From Aeriscardovia sp. (GTDB lineage Bacteria > Actinomycetota > Actinomycetes > Actinomycetales > Bifidobacteriaceae): 64,000 nt of DNA. The notes under the pieces are model-generated. The model searched no databases, was not told where the DNA came from, and saw nothing but the letters and a program-made list of their open reading frames with translations. The stretch spans positions 20,882 to 84,881 of the forward strand of contig JAFPUC010000004.1 in the NCBI GenBank assembly GCA_017413255.1, given 5' to 3'. The translations under genes were made by a program, and so were the position numbers. Shown here in pieces: positions 9,787-18,914 of this stretch (position 1 is the stretch's first letter; the number at the start of each line of letters is the position of its first letter).

Positions 9787-12242
9787 TATTTGCCTCCCAA
9801 AGCGAAGGTGCCGCAGTAATAGGCCAAAAGCAGTGCAGAGGTTGGAATGAGGGCGCAAATTGAAAGAGCTATCCAGTCCCTGTAAGAAGTGCGGCTGATT
9901 CTGGCCCAACTCCTTTTCTCGTTTCCCCCAAAGCCTCTGGCCTCCATGGCGGTGGAGAGGGAAGTCGAGCGGCGGATGGAAAGGATTAGAAGCGAGAAAG
10001 ACTGGGTAAAGAAACGCACGGCTCTCTTCCTGTCCCCCAGGCCCCGGCTCCTTCTGGCCTGACCGATTTGGAGCCAGTCATCTGAAAGGACGGTAAAGAG
10101 CCTGATTCCGGCCAGGCCCCCGTACACAAACCTTTCCGGAAGGTGCAGGATCTGGCTGGCGGCATCCGCCAAATCCGTAGAGTCTATGCCTAAAACCAAA
10201 AGGACGGCGGGAACTGCGATCGCCAAAACCCTAAGGAAGGTGGCAAAGGCTAGATACACGGATTTATTTGTCACGTGTATCATTCCCCATTCAAAGTAGG
10301 TGACAGATCCCTTTTTGCCGTATATTACCACTGCCAGAAAAGTCCACGGGGCCATTGCAAAGACCGGCCACACGTGCTTTAAGGCCCGCTTTAGGGAGAT
10401 CCCGCACCCCTCCATAAACAAAAATTCCAGAGCCAGGGCAACTCCTGCCGAGAGGGGGTCGAGGCTCAAAAACAGAGGGATGGACAAAAGGAAGGCGCAT
10501 AAAAACCTTATGGCCGGGTTTAGGCGCGAAAGCAGGGGAGAAAGGGAAGCGGGCCTCTCCTTCTCTTTCCTTTCGTTTGCCCCCTTCACCCTTATGTCGC
10601 ACTCCCGGCCCGCTCCTATGGTTAAAACCTTATCTGCAAGAAACTCTATGAGCTCTCTGTCGTGGGTGACGGCCACCACGGCCACTCCGCTGTCGGCCAC
10701 CGATCGCATTAGCATCACAATTTCAAGCCAGGTGGATCTGTCCTGCCCGAAAGTGGGTTCGTCCAGGATCAAAACCTCAGGAGAAGAAGCAAGGGAGGAG
10801 GCGACGGTAAGTCTGCGCTTTTCCCCGCCGGAGAGGGTGTAGGGGTTGGCCGCCGAGTAGCGGTCCAAATCAAACCTTTTGAGCAGGGAGTGGGCAAGGG
10901 ATCTTGCCTCCTCCTTTTTACTCCCGGTCTCCAAAAAGCCAACCATCACTTCCTCAAGCACCGTATTTCTCACAAACTGGTGCTCCGGATTTTGAAATAC
11001 GTAGGCAATCCTCTTGCAAAGCTGGCGGCTGGTCCATGAAAACGGGGAGCCCTTAAGCCCCTGGGAAAGGGCAGGGGCAACTTTTACCTCTCCCCCCACG
11101 GGAGCCATCAGGCCTGAAACCGTCATGGCCAGGGTGCTTTTTCCGGCTCCGTTTTCACCCGCCAAAATCGTAATCTTTCCGCTTTCAAAGGCAAAAGAGA
11201 CGTTGTCGGCTATGGCCTTTCCGTTGTAGCCAATGGAAAGGCCATCGGACTGTACTACGACCTGCCCCCTTTCAAATTCCCTCTTCCTCGCAAATTTTAC
11301 AGAAGGCGCTATCAGGTTTTTGCCAGACCCGTTGTCTGTAAGATCCTGATTTTTCAGGGCTTCAAAATTCGGATCGAAATCCGATTGGAATTTGGCCCGG
11401 ATCTGATCTTCCAGCCTTTTTCGCTGCAGCTTTGCCAGGGTGAATTTGGAGGGAATCCAAATTCCCAAAGAATCAAAATCGATGGAGGGATTGGAGAAGA
11501 TTTCATCCGGGCTACCGTCGGCAGCCACTTTGACCGTGCCGTCCGGGTCCCTTCCCAAAATAACCACGCGGCTGAGGATGTCTAGCCAGTCGTCTGCTCT
11601 GTGCTCTACCAAAATCACCGTGGCCGGATCCTCTTTTAAGACTTCGTGGCACGCCCGGCTGACTTCCTTGGCCCCCTTGGGGTCCAGGTTTGCCGTAGGC
11701 TCGTCTAAAAGCAGGATGGAAGGCCTCATGGCAATGGCCCCCGCCAGGGCCACTCTCTGCTTTTGCCCTCCCGACAGGTGCGAAGTGGATCTGGACAGCT
11801 CTATATCTCCCAGCCCCACCCTCTTTAAGGATTCTCTTACGCGCCTCCAGATCTCCCCTTTTTCCACTCCCAGGTTTTCAAGCCCGAAGGCCACGTTGTC
11901 TCCCACGCGCTGAAGCACCATCTGGGCCTCGGGGTCCTGCATCATAAGAGCGCAGCGTCCTCGGGCTTCCTGTGGGTGAAGGCCCTCTACCAGAAGGTCT
12001 CCTTCGGTAAGGCCGCCGTCTTCGTCCTCCCTTTGAGCGGATCCGGACAGGTAAGCTTCATTATTTCCCAAAACTCCGGCTATGGCGCAAAGCAGGGTGC
12101 TTTTGCCTATGCCCGAAGAACCTAAGAGAAGGACCCTTTCGCCTTTTCTGATTTCAAGGTTCAGGCCCCTTACCACATAGTCCTTCCTGAGGGGCCTTTT
12201 GTAGCCCCACCCTTCAAACAAGATTGCGCTTTGATTTCTCAT
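9786..12242 (-). CDS. ECF transporter fusion protein: duplicated ATPase (EcfA-EcfA') plus a C-terminal EcfT transmembrane domain (YkoD-YkoC-like)
   Basis: There are two Walker A motifs (GSSGIGKST, GENGAGKST) and two ABC signatures (LSGGQKQRVAL, LSGGEKRRLTV). There are two Walker B motifs (LLLDEPTANLD, LILDEPTFGQD). The C-terminal ~240 aa are polytopic and carry the EcfT Ala-Arg-Gly motifs (QARRSRG, AMEARGF). The ATG at 12242 makes an ATGA overlap with the upstream S-component stop. Confidence 0.85.
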   Translation of the reverse strand: MRNQSAILFEGWGYKRPLRKDYVVRGLNLEIRKGERVLLLGSSGIGKSTLLCAIAGVLGNNEAYLSGSAQREDEDGGLTEGDLLVEGLHPQEARGRCALMMQDPEAQMVLQRVGDNVAFGLENLGVEKGEIWRRVRESLKRVGLGDIELSRSTSHLSGGQKQRVALAGAIAMRPSILLLDEPTANLDPKGAKEVSRACHEVLKEDPATVILVEHRADDWLDILSRVVILGRDPDGTVKVAADGSPDEIFSNPSIDFDSLGIWIPSKFTLAKLQRKRLEDQIRAKFQSDFDPNFEALKNQDLTDNGSGKNLIAPSVKFARKREFERGQVVVQSDGLSIGYNGKAIADNVSFAFESGKITILAGENGAGKSTLAMTVSGLMAPVGGEVKVAPALSQGLKGSPFSWTSRQLCKRIAYVFQNPEHQFVRNTVLEEVMVGFLETGSKKEEARSLAHSLLKRFDLDRYSAANPYTLSGGEKRRLTVASSLASSPEVLILDEPTFGQDRSTWLEIVMLMRSVADSGVAVVAVTHDRELIEFLADKVLTIGAGRECDIRVKGANERKEKERPASLSPLLSRLNPAIRFLCAFLLSIPLFLSLDPLSAGVALALEFLFMEGCGISLKRALKHVWPVFAMAPWTFLAVVIYGKKGSVTYFEWGMIHVTNKSVYLAFATFLRVLAIAVPAVLLVLGIDSTDLADAASQILHLPERFVYGGLAGIRLFTVLSDDWLQIGQARRSRGLGDRKRAVRFFTQSFSLLILSIRRSTSLSTAMEARGFGGNEKRSWARISRTSYRDWIALSICALIPTSALLLAYYCGTFALGGK

Positions 12243-12886
12243 TTGATCTTTTTGCGTATGGCCCTCCCGGATGCAAATCGATCCAGCGCTCCGGTTCCGG
12301 CGATGGCCCTGTAGAGGTACCATGAGCCAAGCCCCGCAATCACAACTCCCGAGATCGCGGTTGCCACCGTGTAGGAAATGGCGTAAAGACCCAGAAAACT
12401 AAAGGCTTGAAGGTCTGTCAGAAAACTGACCACCCTGTATAAGAGGCCTGAAAAACCTCCGGCAAGCATTGTGATCCATACATTCCAATGCTTGTAAGCA
12501 AAGGCGGCAAAGACTGCTTCCGCCCCCAGCCCCTGGATAAGGCCGCTTAGGATCGTCAGGGCTCCCCCATAAACGTTGCCCATCATTCCCTCTATAAGGG
12601 AGGCTAAAAGCTGGGCGTAAATAGAGCTTCCCGGCTTTCTTATAATCACTGCGGCCAGGGGGCCTGCAAAAAGCCACAGGCCGTCGAAAAGGCTTCCCAA
12701 ACCCGGAAATATAGCCTGCAGGCCGTCATGAGGTATAAAATCAGCCATCCAAAATACAAAAGAAGAAGCCACGCCTATAACTGAGCACACGGCTATGTCT
12801 ACGGCTCTCCACTTGAAATTTGTTCTGGAACTCAAACCTTCATCCCCTAGAGGTGACAGTCTCAAAGGCGCCCAAAGCCTCTCCAA
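12239..12886 (-). CDS. ECF transporter S component, YkoE-like (copy 2)
   Basis: IIRKPGSSIYAQLLASLIEGMMGN and GLGAEAVFAAF resemble B. subtilis YkoE. The protein is polytopic. The ORF-track start is a TTG. Compared with the paralog, the real N-terminus may lie about 15 codons downstream. Confidence 0.7.
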   Translation of the reverse strand: MERLWAPLRLSPLGDEGLSSRTNFKWRAVDIAVCSVIGVASSFVFWMADFIPHDGLQAIFPGLGSLFDGLWLFAGPLAAVIIRKPGSSIYAQLLASLIEGMMGNVYGGALTILSGLIQGLGAEAVFAAFAYKHWNVWITMLAGGFSGLLYRVVSFLTDLQAFSFLGLYAISYTVATAISGVVIAGLGSWYLYRAIAGTGALDRFASGRAIRKKIK

Positions 12887-12958
12887 TTCCCCGTAGAACG
12901 ACGAGAGCGCAAAATAATTCGTGTTTTATTTAAGAGTACCACTTTTAAAAGATGGACT

Positions 12959-13555
12959 TCATACGCTTCTGCGTTCACGCCCGGACTTAAACCGATCCAA
13001 AGCTCCGGTTTTGGCGATAGCCCTGTAGAGGTACCAGGTCCCGATTCCTGTCATAAGAGAACTTAGGAGGGTGAAAAGAAGATAGGCCAGCCCATAGGGC
13101 CCCGAGAGGCTTATGGCTTGAAGGTCCGTCAGGAAGCTTTCAGCCCAGCAAAAAAAGCCGGAAAGCAGGGAAGAGAGGCACACGGTCCATATGTTCCAAA
13201 CCCTGTAGAAAAAGAGTGCGAATATGATTTCCGCCCCCAGCCCCTCGAAAAGGCCGGGAATAATGACGCTGGCTCCTCCATAGATATTTCCCATGAGCGC
13301 CTCGAGAATGGAGGCCAAGAGCTCGCAATAAAGGGCCGATCCGGGCTTTCTGACAATTATTGCCGAGAGGGGCCCTGCAAAAAGCCATAGGCCATTTAAA
13401 AGCCCCCCGAGCCCCGGAAGGAGGGTTTGAAGGGCGGAGAAGGGGAGGAAATCAGCTACCCAAAAAACTATGCCGCTGGCCACTGCCAGAGAGCTGGCTG
13501 TAGAAATATCTACAACCCTCCACCTCCAGGCTTTTACCTTCAAACTAATTTTCAA
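12959..13555 (-). CDS. ECF transporter S component, YkoE-like (copy 1)
   Basis: This is a paralog of 12239-12886 (VRKPGSALYCELLASILEALMGN, GLGAEIIFALF, and a shared C-terminus WYLYRAIAKTGALDRF). It starts 2 nt after the M20 peptidase stop. Confidence 0.7.
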   Translation of the reverse strand: MKISLKVKAWRWRVVDISTASSLAVASGIVFWVADFLPFSALQTLLPGLGGLLNGLWLFAGPLSAIIVRKPGSALYCELLASILEALMGNIYGGASVIIPGLFEGLGAEIIFALFFYRVWNIWTVCLSSLLSGFFCWAESFLTDLQAISLSGPYGLAYLLFTLLSSLMTGIGTWYLYRAIAKTGALDRFKSGRERRSV

Positions 13556-13557
13556 AA

Positions 13558-14934
13558 TTAAAGGGAGGAGAGAATAAGGGCCTCGGCTTCCATGTCTCCT
13601 TTGAGCTCGGAAAGATCCTGGGATTCATTGGGAGCGTGCGCGTTTGTGAGGGGATCTTCGGGGCCGTCCACAAGGACGCTGGCCTTCGGGAATTTGGCCT
13701 GAAGGATCGGGATCATGGGTATTGAGCCGCCTTCGCCCTTGTTTTCCGGAGCGCATCCGAATACTTCCTGGAAGCACTTTCCCGCCGTCAGGGCTACGGG
13801 GTTATGGGGATCCATTGCCCACCCCGTGCCTGTTTCAAGCACCCGGACATCTACCTGGCAGCCGAAGGGGGCGTTTTTCACGATAAAGTCCTTAAGCGCC
13901 TTGGCGGCGTCTTCAGCCTTTTGCAGAGGGCTGATTCGCACCGAGAGCCTGAAGGCGCACTCGCTTGCCAGTTGGTTAAACGCCTCTTTGACGGGCCTTA
14001 TATTCATGCCCGTCAAAGCTATTGCCGGCTTTGTCCAAAGGCGGGAAGCCAAAGAGCCGCTTCCGGCCAGCCTGCAGGAGGGAAGGAGGGAAGAATCTTT
14101 TCTGAAGTCTTTTTCGCTCAGATCTTCTTTAATGCCCCCTATAGGATCTCCTTGAACAAGCCCGGGAACTACGATGTTTCCATCCTTATCGTAAAAGCTG
14201 GAAACCAGCATGCACGAAAGGGTATTGGCGTCAAGAATGGGCCCTCCGAAAGTGCCGGAGTGAACGGGGTGGCCGAGGCACTTTACGGTGACATCCATCG
14301 TGACGTTTCCGCGAAGCGAAGAGGTGAGAGAAGGGATCTTGGCTGACCAGTTGCTGGAGTCGGTGATGAACATCACGTCAGCATCAAAGTAGTCCGGATG
14401 GGCATTTAGGAAGGGGACAAAGCTGGGAGAGCCCATCTCTTCCTCCCCTTCTATAAATACCTTTACGTTGCATTTGAGGTTGCCTTTGAGGGCGGTGAGG
14501 GCTCCTACGTGCGTCATAATGCCGCCCCCGTCGTCGCTAGAGCCTCTGCCGTAGAGCCTTCCGCCTTCTACTATGCCCTTGAAGGGAGGGGTTTTCCAAG
14601 AGCTTTCATCCCCTGCGGGCTGCACGTCGTGATGAGCATAAAGGAAGACGGTCTTATCGGATCCCACATCCTTTTGCCCCACAACTTCCCATGCTCCCGG
14701 TGTACCGTCCTCCTGGACGGCCTGTTCCACGCGGGCATTGTCTATGCCGGCGTCCCTGAGGCACTGAGCGACGAACTCAGCTGAAGCCTTCATGGTAGGA
14801 GAGCTTATCCCTTCCGCAGAAACTGCCTTAAGGGAGATTTTCTTTTCAAGAGCGCAAACAAAGCTTTCCCAGTTGTCCTCTATTTTCTTAGAAATTTCAT
14901 TGAGCGCTTCGTTTTCACCGTTTTCAGAACTCAT
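13558..14934 (-). CDS. M20-family dipeptidase / metallohydrolase
   Basis: LYAHHDVQPAG, GRGSSDDGGG and FIEGEEEMGS are the M20 metal-ligand motifs. The protein is 458 aa. Confidence 0.85.
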   Translation of the reverse strand: MSSENGENEALNEISKKIEDNWESFVCALEKKISLKAVSAEGISSPTMKASAEFVAQCLRDAGIDNARVEQAVQEDGTPGAWEVVGQKDVGSDKTVFLYAHHDVQPAGDESSWKTPPFKGIVEGGRLYGRGSSDDGGGIMTHVGALTALKGNLKCNVKVFIEGEEEMGSPSFVPFLNAHPDYFDADVMFITDSSNWSAKIPSLTSSLRGNVTMDVTVKCLGHPVHSGTFGGPILDANTLSCMLVSSFYDKDGNIVVPGLVQGDPIGGIKEDLSEKDFRKDSSLLPSCRLAGSGSLASRLWTKPAIALTGMNIRPVKEAFNQLASECAFRLSVRISPLQKAEDAAKALKDFIVKNAPFGCQVDVRVLETGTGWAMDPHNPVALTAGKCFQEVFGCAPENKGEGGSIPMIPILQAKFPKASVLVDGPEDPLTNAHAPNESQDLSELKGDMEAEALILSSL

Positions 14935-14991
14935 TGCACTTCACCAGCTTAAAAAGTAAATCAAGTCCCGCTTATAGGATACCTTTTTTGT

Positions 14992-15621
14992 GTGAAATGG
15001 AATTTTCCGGGCTTCAAGAAAAAAAAGGACGAAGAGGAAGCCGCTCCGGCTACTGGGCCCAGAATGCCGGGAATGAAAAAGGATCAGCCCACCCTCAAAA
15101 GGAAGGACGCTCAAAAGCTTTCCTACCTTCCTCTTGTGCCCGATCCTAAAGATCGCAAGGAAAGAAACAAAGTAGAGAGAAAAAGAGTAAGGCTTAAGCA
15201 GGACAGGGAGTATGTGGCAATGGAGACAGGCGATGTGGCAAACATGCCCAAAGCCGAAAGATCTCCTATAAGGACCTTTGCCAGAGACTGGATAGACGCC
15301 CGCTACAATCTGGGAGAATTCTTCATCCCCGTGGCTTTAATCCTGCTTATAGGTTCCATCAGCCTTTCATCTTTCTCTTCGGTTCTGGGATTTGTACTTG
15401 CCATGATAATGTACGTGTATATGGCAGCTGTCCTGATAGACCTTGCGGTTTTGTGGATCACACTAAAACGCGGCCTTATAAAGCACGGAAAGTGGGATGG
15501 AAAGCGTTCCACTCTCCGCAAGGAAAGGCTTCTTACATACGCAATTTCCAGGGCTATTCAAATAAGGCGCTTCAGAGTGCCCAAGCCCGTGGAAAAAAAG
15601 CGCGGGCACTGGCCCGACTAA
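14992..15621 (+). CDS. DUF3043-like membrane protein
   Basis: A basic N-terminal part (PTLKRKDAQ...) is followed by ARDWIDARYNLGEFFIPVALILLI and two TM helices. This pattern is typical of actinobacterial DUF3043 proteins; the family name is from memory. Confidence 0.7.
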   Translation: MKWNFPGFKKKKDEEEAAPATGPRMPGMKKDQPTLKRKDAQKLSYLPLVPDPKDRKERNKVERKRVRLKQDREYVAMETGDVANMPKAERSPIRTFARDWIDARYNLGEFFIPVALILLIGSISLSSFSSVLGFVLAMIMYVYMAAVLIDLAVLWITLKRGLIKHGKWDGKRSTLRKERLLTYAISRAIQIRRFRVPKPVEKKRGHWPD

Positions 15622-15787
15622 ACGAATCAAATATTTTTGCAGCCCGGAATTTCTTTTGCATCAGCCTGACGGCTTCTTTGTAGAGGTATATGCTACAGAG
15701 ACCAGATGACGGGAAAGCAGCTTTAGTTCTTCTCTATTCAAGCTCTTTAAAAGGTCCAGGCAGGCAAGAAGAGATATTGAAAACCTG

Positions 15788-16226
15788 CTACGCCCTCAAA
15801 CAAAATCTTTCGCATATTGGTGAATTTTTCAAGATCCGGATTTCTGTATTTGGCGTATAGTCTTTAAACCCCTCCCTGAAGCACTCCACAAGATACATGC
15901 TCCCATGAGGAGAAATAAGAATGGAAAGCCTTTTGGCTTTGAGGGAATTTTGCCTGCAGATGGAGGGAAAGTAGCAATAAATCTGATGGGTTGTCGCTTC
16001 CATGTTGTCTCCATTGAAATTTAAAAAAGGAAGTCAGATCATCCCGGCTCTGCCTCGTCTTCAACGGTGCATTTTGCCGGGTCCGCCAAATTTCTGTAGT
16101 GATAATAAAAATCGCCCCGACTCACCCCTGAGCGCTAAAAATTCTGAAACCGAAATTTGAGCGCAGGGCTTTTCTTCCAAAAGGGACCAGAAGGCGTCAT
16201 AAAGCCTTTGGACACATCCCTCCCAT
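15788..16226 (-). pseudogene. Frameshifted TetR/AcrR-family regulator remnant, divergent from the MFS pump gene
   Basis: One minus-strand frame reads RLYDAFWSLLEEKPCAQISVSEFLA. After a frame change near 16128-16136 it continues RSGVSRGDFYYHYRNL, which is the classic TetR HTH (..ISV.EI....GVSRGTFYYHF). That frame stops at 16039-16041. A C-terminal-like segment (HQIYCYFPSI...LSILISPHGSMYLVECFREGF) resumes in another frame. There is no in-frame start codon for the HTH frame. Confidence 0.5.
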
Positions 16227-16277
16227 GTTTTTTAGCACGGGATATATCTTAGCTAATTAAACAACTTGTCTAAATTG

Positions 16278-16351
16278 TGATATAATTTATCTAAGTCTTT
16301 GACTTTTTAATTATTTTGAAATTGATTTAAATTCACATTATTCTTTAAATC
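16278..16351 (+). promoter_or_regulatory. Candidate promoter and operator region of the MFS pump gene
   Basis: This is an AT-rich spacer. It contains an extended -10-like TGATATAAT (16278-16286). It also contains TTGAAA (16316-16321), a 17-nt spacer and TATTCT (16339-16344). A perfect 8-bp inverted repeat, GATTTAAA-12 nt-TTTAAATC (16324-16351), overlaps the second candidate. The SD AGGAG lies at 16363-16367. Confidence 0.3.
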
Positions 16352-16371
16352 ACCGTCTTTTTAGGAGCTTC

Positions 16372-18069
16372 ATGGCTGAAAAAACAGGGCAAGATGAACA
16401 CTCTTCAGGAATAAAGTTAAAATCCAAGTGGCTTTCCCTGGTGGGTCTGGTAGTGGCAATATCGGCCGTAATCATGGATGGGACCATAATGAATGTGGCG
16501 CTCCCTTCCATAATGCAGGTTTTTAACCTGAACGCCTCCAATGGAGAGTGGATAGTCAGCATCTATTCCCTAATTTTCTGCGCCCTTCTGGTAACTTCCG
16601 GCAGAATGGCCGATGCCATGGGAAGAAAGAAGATGCTCGTATGGGGCCTTGTGGTATTTGCCCTGGGAAGCGTGCTTGGGGCCCTGGCCGGTAAATTTGG
16701 CGGATATGCCATGCTGATGACGGCCAGAGTTGTGCAGGGAATAGGCGGAGCCATGATTCTTCCCACTATTTTTTCTACAATGAACGCCATTTACACGGGA
16801 GGCATGCGCATCTTTGCCTTCGCCCTGTTCGGGTCCCTTATGAGCGCTATGTTCGGAGTAGGGCCGTGGCTTGGAGGACTGCTTGTAACCTATGCAAACT
16901 GGCAATGGGTATTTTGGATAGAAATTCCTCTCGCGGCCGTAAGCGCTATTTTTGTTATTTTCACCATTCCCAACACCTATGGCGAAAAGTTCAAGGGGTT
17001 AGATATTTTAGGTCTGATTCTTTCCATCATAGGATTTGGAGGCCTGGTCTACGGGCTTATCGAAGGAAAGAGCATGGGATGGTGGTTTGCATCGAAGGGA
17101 TCTAGCACGTGGCTGGGCCTTTCAATCGTGCCATGGATTTTGTTTATCGGAATCGTCGCTCTCGTCTTCTTCATCTTGTGGGAGAACTACAGGGTAAAAC
17201 AGGGAAAGTCCTACATAATCGATCTAAACGTCTTCCATATCCACACTTTTTCCCTCTCGGTCGCCGTACAGGTGGTATTCAGGACGGGCCTTATAGGAAT
17301 CCTCTTTATTCTTCCCCAGTTCCTGCAAAACGTCCTGGGCATGAGCGCTTTGCAGGCCGGAGAAGTGACGTGCTGCACGGGCTTTGCATCCCTTATTTCC
17401 GGCCTTTTGGCGGCCCCGCTTGTAAAACTTACTTCCGCAAAGACCGTAATTGTTTGGGGCATGGCCATCCAGGCGCTTTCCCTGGTGGGAATTTTCTTCC
17501 TGTTTAAAACCAGCTTCTCTCCCAGTTCCTGGGCCATAAGGGGATGGCTGATTGCCTATGGATTTGGCCTCGGCCTCACTTCCGCCCAGCTTTCTGCAAT
17601 CCTTATGAGCGGGGTGCCCAACAAATGGGGAGGCCAGGCTTCTTCCATCCAGTCCACAGCTGTCCAGCTGGCCTCTTCCCTCGGTGTGGGCATCATAGCC
17701 TCTATCTTCACTGCCTTCCTTTGGACCGAAATTCCTTCTGCGGTAAACAATACAAACCTTTCCAGCCAGGAAAAGCAGGCCGTAACGAACTCAGTGATAG
17801 CTACGCAGGGGACTTCCATCCCGGAAATTGAGAAAGCTTTGGATCAAAATCCCGACAAGGCTTCAATAGATTCGCATATAAAGCGCGGATTTGAAAATGG
17901 AATTGCCGACACTACCCTGGTCTCGGCCGCCGTACTCGCCGCAAGCTTTGTAATGTGCCTCTGGTTCCCAGGCAAAAAGAAACTTGCGAAAGAAAGAAAA
18001 AAGACCCTGGAAGAAGACAGGGAGGAAGAAATAGAAGGGATTACCGAGAGGGGAGAAGCTCTGGACTAA
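16372..18069 (+). CDS. MFS transporter, DHA2 (EmrB/QacA-like, about 14 TMS) family
   Basis: 565 aa. Motif A-like GRMADAMGRKKM, VQGIGGAMILP, and a polytopic profile with a charged C-terminal tail. Confidence 0.9.
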   Translation: MAEKTGQDEHSSGIKLKSKWLSLVGLVVAISAVIMDGTIMNVALPSIMQVFNLNASNGEWIVSIYSLIFCALLVTSGRMADAMGRKKMLVWGLVVFALGSVLGALAGKFGGYAMLMTARVVQGIGGAMILPTIFSTMNAIYTGGMRIFAFALFGSLMSAMFGVGPWLGGLLVTYANWQWVFWIEIPLAAVSAIFVIFTIPNTYGEKFKGLDILGLILSIIGFGGLVYGLIEGKSMGWWFASKGSSTWLGLSIVPWILFIGIVALVFFILWENYRVKQGKSYIIDLNVFHIHTFSLSVAVQVVFRTGLIGILFILPQFLQNVLGMSALQAGEVTCCTGFASLISGLLAAPLVKLTSAKTVIVWGMAIQALSLVGIFFLFKTSFSPSSWAIRGWLIAYGFGLGLTSAQLSAILMSGVPNKWGGQASSIQSTAVQLASSLGVGIIASIFTAFLWTEIPSAVNNTNLSSQEKQAVTNSVIATQGTSIPEIEKALDQNPDKASIDSHIKRGFENGIADTTLVSAAVLAASFVMCLWFPGKKKLAKERKKTLEEDREEEIEGITERGEALD

Positions 18070-18800
18070 TTGTCAGCTCCACTCCTCCTTCTCATCATCC
18101 TGTTGCTGACCTTGATCTTATTGGGGTCGACATTTCTAGGCAGGGCCTGCTGCTTTGCCTGCATGGTAGTAAGCCTGACGTTTAACTCGTTTAGCTCCAT
18201 TTTTGTAAGAGCCGCCTTCTTGCGCATTATAGTTCCGCGCAACTTGCTTATGGGGGTCCTTCCCTTTCCGTTTCCAACAAAAATCCTTATAACGGGAATC
18301 TTGCTTCCGGGGGCAACCCTGCGCAGTATCGCTTCCTGCTTGTCCATTTCAACAGCCAGCCTCGCTTTGTCTCCTTCTCCCACCAAATACATTCCTGCCC
18401 TTCCGGTTCCCCTCCAGAGGGCATCTCTGGTTTTGCGGTTTATCCACACAGGCTCTTCGGGAAATGAAAAATCTCCCCTGGTGATGGTAGAAAATACAGC
18501 AGCAGAAGCTCCAAACTGGCCCTCCAGCCTCTTATAGCCTGCGCGATCCGAAATCTGGGTAAGCGTAGCAGAGGTCAGGGAAAATCCGATCATCACTCCG
18601 CACAGGATTACCAAGATCCAAATCCATGCAACGGTGAACCTTATCCCAAAGCAGATGGCCAAGGCCACGCCGATTGGAACCAGGAAAGCCAAAAGCATCC
18701 ACCATGGAAGGGACTTATTGGTCTTATAAGTAAGCTTATAAATTTGAACAAGCTGCTTTATGGCGCCTTTTTTCTTCTTTTTGGCTTCTTCTCTTGCCAT
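18066..18800 (-). CDS. DUF4191-like membrane protein
   Basis: MAREEAKKKKKGAIKQLVQIYKLTYKTNKSLPWWMLLAFLVPIG, followed by two TM helices and a soluble C-terminal domain. The family name is from memory. Its stop codon overlaps the convergent MFS stop codon. Confidence 0.7.
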   Translation of the reverse strand: MAREEAKKKKKGAIKQLVQIYKLTYKTNKSLPWWMLLAFLVPIGVALAICFGIRFTVAWIWILVILCGVMIGFSLTSATLTQISDRAGYKRLEGQFGASAAVFSTITRGDFSFPEEPVWINRKTRDALWRGTGRAGMYLVGEGDKARLAVEMDKQEAILRRVAPGSKIPVIRIFVGNGKGRTPISKLRGTIMRKKAALTKMELNELNVRLTTMQAKQQALPRNVDPNKIKVSNRMMRRRSGADN

Positions 18801-18914
18801 AACTTAGTCAATCCTTAATGACGTGGGGATGCATACGGAAACCTGTGCGTAGTTGAACAGGTGCAAATAAATTTTAATCTTACCGTGTCACTTTTTGGCT
18901 GAGAAGTTTATCCT

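Noticed and set aside
12841-12958. TPP-riboswitch-like fragments upstream of, and within the 5' end of, the second S-component ORF. The minus strand reads ACGGGG...UUGAGA...CACCU..CUAGGGGA.
   Set aside because: Only short pieces resembling the GGGG, CUGAGA, ACC and UAGGGA elements are present. The whole P4/P5 pyrophosphate-sensor helix (..CCUGAUCUGGAUAAUGCCAGCG..) is missing, and I could not build a consistent P1. A cmsearch with RF00059 would settle it. I treat it as chance resemblance for now.
18801-18914. Hairpin ACCTGT-10 nt-ACAGGT as a terminator after the second MFS gene.
   Set aside because: The stem is only 6 bp, the loop is large and there is no convincing T-tract. The evidence is not strong enough to call.
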